Origin: an uncultured Candidatus Saccharibacteria bacterium | GTDB lineage: Bacteria > Patescibacteriota > Dojkabacteria > J137 | Direction of reading: 5' to 3' | DNA: 64,000 nt | Assembly: GCA_965230975.1 (NCBI GenBank) | Contig: OZ246402.1 | Location: forward strand, 509,009 to 573,008 | In this document: positions 58,198 through 64,000 of the stretch, one piece after another | Position numbering within the stretch: position 1 is the stretch's first letter | How the letters are laid out: every line of letters starts with the position of its first letter | Translations under genes and position numbers: made by a program | The notes under the pieces: generated by a model | Database searches by the model: none | What the model was told of the DNA's origin: nothing | What the model saw: only the letters and a program-made list of their open reading frames with translations

Positions 58198-60000
58198 TTA
58201 ACTTTGCTTTTTTGTGTCGTTAATTAACTCTAGAGCCTGGGCATATTTAACAGGTTTACTAACCTCACCATTTGCAATAAAGAAGATAGAATCTGCTTTT
58301 TGAATTGTATTTAACCTATGGGCAATAATAATCTTTGTAGTAGATGCAGGCAATTTATCAATAATCTCTTGTAACAAACTTTCTGTAACAGTATCAATAT
58401 TTGCAGTTGCCTCATCTAAAATTAAAAGCTCTGGTTCTCTTAAAATAACTCTTAAGAATGCAATTAATTGTTTTTGACCCAAAGAAACAGAATCTGTAAA
58501 ATTAGAAACCTCTGTACTTAAACCTTGAGGGAATCTTTCTAACAATCTTTGTAAACCTTTTTGGTTAAGAACCTCTTCGAGTGCAGCTTCATCAAAACCT
58601 TCGTACTTTTTATTCCCATAAATCACATTATCTTTGATAGTACCTGTAAATAAGAAAGGCTCTTGTAAAATAAACCCGATTTTTTGGGTTAGTTCATCTT
58701 TTTTATAGCTTTTTAAACTAAGACCATTTAAAAGAATCTCACCTTCTGACGGATCATAAAGTCTTGCCATTAAAGACGCAGTTGTACTTTTGCCTCCACC
58801 AGTTGGACCAACTAAGGCGTATGTTTTTCCTTTATCTATACTTATATTTACATGTTTTAGAATCATCTTTTCAGGGTTATAACCAAAACTTACATCTTTA
58901 AATTCAACAAATTCGTTACCCTTATCTTTTGTTAAATCTTCAACCACACCTAAATTACTTTGCAATGAAAGTAGTTCTGAAATTCTTGACCATGCTGCCA
59001 AAGATGTTTGGATGGATGCAAATAAAGAAGCCATAATTCTTAATGGAGAATAGAATCTATCTACATATAAAACATAACTAATTAAGGTTCCAAACTCTAA
59101 AGAACTTTTAAAATCTACACCTAAAAATGAAAATACACCTGCAGTAATTAAGTTAATTCCAATAAAATAAACAACAAATAAAGCTAGATTACCACCAAAA
59201 TCGTAAAGTGGAGTAAGTATATTATTCGCAATACCAGAAATCATATTATTCTTTTTGCTATTTTGATTTACATTATTGAATGCATTTTTAAAATAGTCTC
59301 TTCGGTTAAATGCAACAATAACTTTAAAGTTAGTAAGGCTTTCTTGAACTTCACCAGACAAGCCTCCAGTTGCAGTAAGAGCATTCTTGTTAATTGTTCT
59401 TAAAATTCCAGATGAAAGACTTGTTAAAACTAGTAAAACAAGTGCAATAACTAAAGCAAAAGAGCCAAGTATTGGGTTCTTTAAAATCATTGCAATTGCA
59501 ATACCTACAATTACAAAAATGTTACCCACAAATCTTAATAATGTTTCGGAAAGTGCTTGGTTTAATTTATCTGTATCGTTATTAATTCTTGAAATTAAAT
59601 CACCAGATTTGTTTTCGTTAAAAAATGCTATTGGTAAGTGTTGAATCTTATCAAAAATTTTTTCTCTTAATCTTGAAAGAATATTTTGACCAATCCAACC
59701 CATAATTAAAATCTGAAAATAGTTGGCTACAGATGCACCTGCATATAAGACTATTAACCCTACAACAGCTTGTAAAAGCGCATCTTTGTCTCTATTAGTA
59801 ATAGCATTTTGAGATGCTGTACCAATAAGATCTGGAGCAACAATGTTAATTACAGAATTTATTAATATAAGTACCATTGCAAGTAATGCAAGTAAGATTA
59901 CCTTTTTGCCATAACCACCTATAAATTTATTAACCTCGGTCAATACTGTTAAAAAGGTGGTATTTTTTTTACCTTCAGATTCTGATAGTTTGTAGTTCAT
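58198..60000 (-). CDS. Heterodimeric ABC exporter, subunit 2 (TMD+NBD)
   Basis: GPTGGGKST, SLGQKQ, LDEATA, IAHRL. Confidence 0.93.
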   Translation of the reverse strand: MNYKLSESEGKKNTTFLTVLTEVNKFIGGYGKKVILLALLAMVLILINSVINIVAPDLIGTASQNAITNRDKDALLQAVVGLIVLYAGASVANYFQILIMGWIGQNILSRLREKIFDKIQHLPIAFFNENKSGDLISRINNDTDKLNQALSETLLRFVGNIFVIVGIAIAMILKNPILGSFALVIALVLLVLTSLSSGILRTINKNALTATGGLSGEVQESLTNFKVIVAFNRRDYFKNAFNNVNQNSKKNNMISGIANNILTPLYDFGGNLALFVVYFIGINLITAGVFSFLGVDFKSSLEFGTLISYVLYVDRFYSPLRIMASLFASIQTSLAAWSRISELLSLQSNLGVVEDLTKDKGNEFVEFKDVSFGYNPEKMILKHVNISIDKGKTYALVGPTGGGKSTTASLMARLYDPSEGEILLNGLSLKSYKKDELTQKIGFILQEPFLFTGTIKDNVIYGNKKYEGFDEAALEEVLNQKGLQRLLERFPQGLSTEVSNFTDSVSLGQKQLIAFLRVILREPELLILDEATANIDTVTESLLQEIIDKLPASTTKIIIAHRLNTIQKADSIFFIANGEVSKPVKYAQALELINDTKKQS

Positions 60001-61706
60001 TCTGTTGTTTGTTGAGAATTAAATATTTGTTGGTATTCAAAGCTGTTTTTTAATAGCTCTTTATGCGTTCCTTTTGCAATAAGCTCACCTTCCATAATTA
60101 AAAGAATTTGATCGTAATCTTTTACAGATTCTATTTTTTGAGTGATAGAAAGTAGAGTAAGCTCTGGGTAATTCTTCTCCAGATTATTAATAATGTTTTT
60201 TTCTGTTTTAATATCTACCCTTGCTGTAAAGTCATCTAACAATAAGATTTTTGGATTTATAGACAAAGCTCTGGCCAAAGTTAATCGTTGTTTTTGACCT
60301 CCCGATAACGAAGAACCTCTTTCTGTAATTAGCGTATCTACACCTTTATCTTGAGCAGCAATAAAATCTGAAAGTTCTGCAGTAGCAATAGCTTTATCTA
60401 AGTCTGCTTGATTTGTTTCTGCATTAAATAAGATATTCTCTTTTACTGTAGTGTTAAAAATAACACTGTCTTGAAACACAAGTGCAACTTGAGAATAAAA
60501 GTCATTAATATCAATCTCTTTAATATTAGTACCATCAACTTCAATTGAACCAGCCGTTGGTTCTTGAAGACCTGCTATTAGATTAAAGATTTGTGTTTTA
60601 CCAGCTGCTGTTGGCCCAACAATTGCGTTTTTTGTACCAGGTTTTATTTCAAAACTAATCTCTTTAAGTATGTTTTTGTTTGCTATCTCTAAAGAAACTT
60701 TATCAAATTTTATTGCACCTTTAATCTCTTTTTTTACATTACCTCTTGTTGCTGCATCTTGTGCAGCTAGAGTTTCTTGGATTCTTTTAACTGATGTAAA
60801 AGACCTGGCAATTGTGCTTGCAACAAATCCTAAAATAAAGATTGGACCTAAAAATGTTCCAATATAACTAAAGAAAGCAGAGTAGTCACCAGGCGATAAT
60901 CCACTCCCTCCCTGTGAGTTTATAAAGTCTATAACCCCGCTACCTCCAAAATAAACAACTGCTAAAGTTGCTAAGTTTGCAAGTATAGATATTACCGGTA
61001 TTAAACTTGCAAATCCGTAAACTATTTTTAAATTTGTTTGTCTTGTTACTTCGTTAACTTCGTGAAATTTAATCATTTCTACGTAACCTGAATTTAAAAC
61101 TTTTGTTAATGCTGCACCTACAATGCTTTCGTTGATAACTCTATTAAGTTTATCTAAGTTTTCTTGTGCTTTTTTAAATGATTTGCTGATAGAACTAAAA
61201 ATGAATCCAAATGTAATAAATAGAGCAGGGATTGTTGCTACTACAATTAATCCTAATTGCGAGTTGATAGCTAACATTGCGATTGATGCACCTATTAATA
61301 ACACAATTGAAGAGAATATTTGAACAATACCTTGGTTGAATAAGTTTTTAACAGCATCTACATCACTAGTAATAATAGTTAGTAATTTAGAAGATGTGAT
61401 TTGGTTTACTGTTGAATATGATAGTTGTGATATTTTTTGAATAAGTTTGGATCGTATGGTTGCTGCTAAATCTTCTGTAGCGAGGTTGGATATTATTATT
61501 TGGCCAATTGTTGCTAGTAATATTAAGGCAACATAACCTAAGTAAATTCTTTGAAATTCCCATAAATCTAAACTGCCTAAAAAGATTTTATTTAGATTTT
61601 CAGATGCTACTCTTGGTAAAGCAAGTGCTAACAAGTTTGCACTTAAAGACAAGGCTAAGGTAATAACAATACCAACTACTGTTCGTTTTTTAAGGATAGA
61701 TTTCAT
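59997..61706 (-). CDS. Heterodimeric ABC exporter, subunit 1 (degenerate NBD)
   Basis: GPTAAGKT, LSGGQKQ, degenerate LDD Walker B and Q in place of the switch His. Start set at ATG 61706. Confidence 0.92.
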   Translation of the reverse strand: MKSILKKRTVVGIVITLALSLSANLLALALPRVASENLNKIFLGSLDLWEFQRIYLGYVALILLATIGQIIISNLATEDLAATIRSKLIQKISQLSYSTVNQITSSKLLTIITSDVDAVKNLFNQGIVQIFSSIVLLIGASIAMLAINSQLGLIVVATIPALFITFGFIFSSISKSFKKAQENLDKLNRVINESIVGAALTKVLNSGYVEMIKFHEVNEVTRQTNLKIVYGFASLIPVISILANLATLAVVYFGGSGVIDFINSQGGSGLSPGDYSAFFSYIGTFLGPIFILGFVASTIARSFTSVKRIQETLAAQDAATRGNVKKEIKGAIKFDKVSLEIANKNILKEISFEIKPGTKNAIVGPTAAGKTQIFNLIAGLQEPTAGSIEVDGTNIKEIDINDFYSQVALVFQDSVIFNTTVKENILFNAETNQADLDKAIATAELSDFIAAQDKGVDTLITERGSSLSGGQKQRLTLARALSINPKILLLDDFTARVDIKTEKNIINNLEKNYPELTLLSITQKIESVKDYDQILLIMEGELIAKGTHKELLKNSFEYQQIFNSQQTTE

Positions 61707-61825
61707 GAGTTTAATAGATTTAATAAAATGCACAAACACCCATTTTAGCAGAGTATTAGTATCTGTGCTAGTGAGTGTAGTACTAATTATTATAGTTGTA
61801 TACCTTTTATAACAAGGTAAATTCT

Positions 61826-61856
61826 AAAAACAGGGCCACAAAGAATTTGTGGCCCT
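61826..61856 (-). terminator. Intrinsic terminator after 61870..62775
   Basis: AGGGCCACAAA-gaa-TTTGTGGCCCT; T tract on the minus strand. Confidence 0.85.
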
Positions 61857-61869
61857 TTGGTAAAACTAT

Positions 61870-62775
61870 TTATTTGCAGTAATCGCTTGTTTTGCCTTCT
61901 GTACCACTTCCAGGCAGGGAGTAAGCAATTGCTTTGTCTTGGGCTGTTAGGTTGTTTAACCAGCACAATCCATAAAAAGCCATGCTTGATTTATTTGAAT
62001 GCATAGACACAAATGCTTGATCATTTACAGCATTATTAGTTGCTCTTAAATCATATACTCCAAAGTCTACACTAACATTTTTAGGATTAGAAAATCCTAC
62101 TTTTGTTGCAATTATTGTACCTGCTTTAAACATCTTTTGATTTTGAAATATTGTTGTTCTTGTATCATCTGCTTTTGCTTCGGGTAAAGTATCTATAAAT
62201 TCTTGTAACTCGGCAGAAACTTCTTTAATATGGTCAAACCGAAACATGATTCCGCAAGGTGCTATAAAGTCTAAAATAATTTGAAGTTCACCAGATTCTA
62301 TATATCTGCTCCCTTGAAAGATTTGAGCATCTAAGGGTAACTTTACCTCAATGTTATTATTTGGGTTATTATCAAATCTAAAGCCTCCATGTGGCTTAAA
62401 GTCTCCACCTCTTGTTTGCCCCGGGTATAAAATATTCGTTGCCTGTGTTAAATCTACAGGTGAGTTAAATTCTAATGGAAATTCACAAGCGGGTACTGTT
62501 CCCATTGTTGTCCAGCTACGTCCATCATTATTCCACATGATTGGATTGGTCTCTGTTTCTTGAGGAGTTTGGTTTTCTGTCTGATTGTTTTGGTTAGTAT
62601 TCACCTGATTTATTGTATTTGTTGATTTTGTTTGATTCACGGGTTTATTTGCAAGAACTATTACTAACGCAATAATAACTATTACTACGGCTGCAATTAA
62701 TAAAGTTAATCCAATAAATAAGGGTTTGTTGCTTACTGGTTTTTGCTGTGGAATAGTTGGTTCCATTACTATCAA
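61870..62775 (-). CDS. Membrane-anchored protein with M23-like/hybrid-motif domain
   Basis: TM helix, Asn/Gln linker, PHGG.R, FDH, GT.IAT.VG. Confidence 0.6.
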   Translation of the reverse strand: MIVMEPTIPQQKPVSNKPLFIGLTLLIAAVVIVIIALVIVLANKPVNQTKSTNTINQVNTNQNNQTENQTPQETETNPIMWNNDGRSWTTMGTVPACEFPLEFNSPVDLTQATNILYPGQTRGGDFKPHGGFRFDNNPNNNIEVKLPLDAQIFQGSRYIESGELQIILDFIAPCGIMFRFDHIKEVSAELQEFIDTLPEAKADDTRTTIFQNQKMFKAGTIIATKVGFSNPKNVSVDFGVYDLRATNNAVNDQAFVSMHSNKSSMAFYGLCWLNNLTAQDKAIAYSLPGSGTEGKTSDYCK

Positions 62776-62827
62776 ATAAAAATTTATACTATTTATTCTA
62801 TAGAATTTTCTTTTTGAATGTAAGAGA

Positions 62828-63226
62828 TTAATTGTTGTTTAGTATTGGAGGTAGATCTTGTGATTTAGGGATAAATTTTATTGATACTGAGTTTACACAT
62901 TCGCGTGTATTGGTGTTTGTAAAACCTTCGCCTATAAATTCGTGGCCCAAATGTGCACCACAATTTGCACACTCAATCTCTATTCTTTCCATTCCAAGAG
63001 AAGTATCTTTTATTCTTTTTAATGAGTTTGGGAAACTACTATCAAATGCCGGCCAGCCACAGTTTGCTTCAAATTTGGCTTGTGAAGTGAATAGAGGATT
63101 ATTACATCTTCTGCAAATAAAGGTTCCATCTTCAAAAAAGTTATCATATTCACCCGTGAATGGTGCTTCTGTGCCTTTGTTTTCTATTACTCGTTTTTCT
63201 TGTGGGGTTAAGTTGTTGTATGCCAT
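62828..63226 (-). CDS. msrB: Methionine-R-sulfoxide reductase
   Basis: GTEAPF, CRRC, GWPAF, RIEIECANCGAHLGH, RECVNS. Confidence 0.96.
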   Translation of the reverse strand: MAYNNLTPQEKRVIENKGTEAPFTGEYDNFFEDGTFICRRCNNPLFTSQAKFEANCGWPAFDSSFPNSLKRIKDTSLGMERIEIECANCGAHLGHEFIGEGFTNTNTRECVNSVSIKFIPKSQDLPPILNNN

Positions 63227-63229
63227 GAC

Positions 63230-64000
63230 TTATTTTAAACCAAGTGATAAATCATTTATACTAATTTCTTTGTAATATTGAAGTGCTTTAACAATTTCGT
63301 TATAACTAGAAATTCTTATAGTCTTACTTGCTAATTCTGCATAGCCATCTGAAAACGATGCTGGTAAATGGTTAGGGTCATTGATAAGTATAGTATAAGC
63401 ACCAAGTTCAATACATGGTTTAATGTCTACAGGAAAGTTATCGCCTAATGCCAACACTTGGGCTGGGTTAACTTTGTGCATTGCTTGTTGCCAATGTGTT
63501 AAATCTTTTTTTTGTTCAGGTGGAATTATCTCAATTCTTGAAGGGTCGAAATATTCTAAAATACCTACATTTTTAAGCTTTCTAATTGTCCACTCTGAAT
63601 CGGCGTTAGTTACTATTCCCATTGATATACCAGCTTCTTTGATTGCAGTAAGTATTTCAATTACACCAGGTTTTAAGGGTATAGGTAGTTCGTATAATAT
63701 TTTTGTGTATTCTTTTAAGTATTCATCTATTAAAAACCAGTCAGAGCCAGGATAAATTTCTTTTATACCGTTGAATATGTGTTTCCAAACTTTAATAGGG
63801 TCTACGTGGTAAAGTTCTCTTGCTTGTTGGTTTAGTTGGTCATAAAGTTGAGATATCTCTTCAAAGCTTGTTTTGCAAGCTTGTGCCAGTTGGCGTTTTA
63901 TGTTGGTTCTAGCAGTGTCAAAGTGGTTGTATGTTTCTACAAGTGTATCATCTACATCAAATAGTACAAGTTCTATTTGTAGTTCTTTTAATATTCCCGA
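63230..64000 (-). CDS. HAD-superfamily hydrolase, 5' end beyond the window
   Basis: The frame stays open to 64000 and includes LFDVDDTL (motif I), VTN and LGDNFPVD. The ORF track start at 63622 is internal. Confidence 0.88.
   Translation of the reverse strand, partial: SGILKELQIELVLFDVDDTLVETYNHFDTARTNIKRQLAQACKTSFEEISQLYDQLNQQARELYHVDPIKVWKHIFNGIKEIYPGSDWFLIDEYLKEYTKILYELPIPLKPGVIEILTAIKEAGISMGIVTNADSEWTIRKLKNVGILEYFDPSRIEIIPPEQKKDLTHWQQAMHKVNPAQVLALGDNFPVDIKPCIELGAYTILINDPNHLPASFSDGYAELASKTIRISSYNEIVKALQYYKEISINDLSLGLK

Noticed and set aside
801-63755. Many short ORFs antisense to or out of frame within clear genes (e.g. 40559..41065, 49502..49993, 52123..52551, 62832..63275)
   Set aside because: Shadow ORFs of well-supported genes with no motifs of their own.

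Overview
AT-rich bacterial chromosome segment. TGA acts as a stop codon, so the code is 11. The gene content and style suggest Patescibacteria/CPR, possibly Dojkabacteria-like (inference). Housekeeping genes (mutS, dnaE, metG, cysS, gatA, efp, epmA, rsmE, msrB, nrnA-like) are interleaved with membrane/secreted proteins and tandem pairs of divergent orphan paralogs. I found no tRNA, rRNA, CRISPR-cas, transposase or integrase. The strongest signals lie outside the ORF track. (1) Ribosome-mediated transcription attenuators with unannotated leader peptides: a Met-Met-Met leader before metG, a Cys-Cys-Cys-x-x-Cys leader before a PIG-L gene plus cysS, and a third Thr/Val/Ile-rich leader before two ParB/Srx-like orphans. 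(2) An ~700-bp structured intergenic locus upstream of dnaE. It holds two ~105-nt modules (identical 41-nt core, covarying hairpin, fixed-length 35-nt variable loop) and a 16-bp tandem array complementary to the core. (3) A helically phased GGTACC array before an RHH-like gene. (4) A tandem XRE/MmyB-like regulator pair whose palindromic site brackets a secreted-protein cassette. (5) A cohesin-like anchor next to a dockerin-bearing serine protease.
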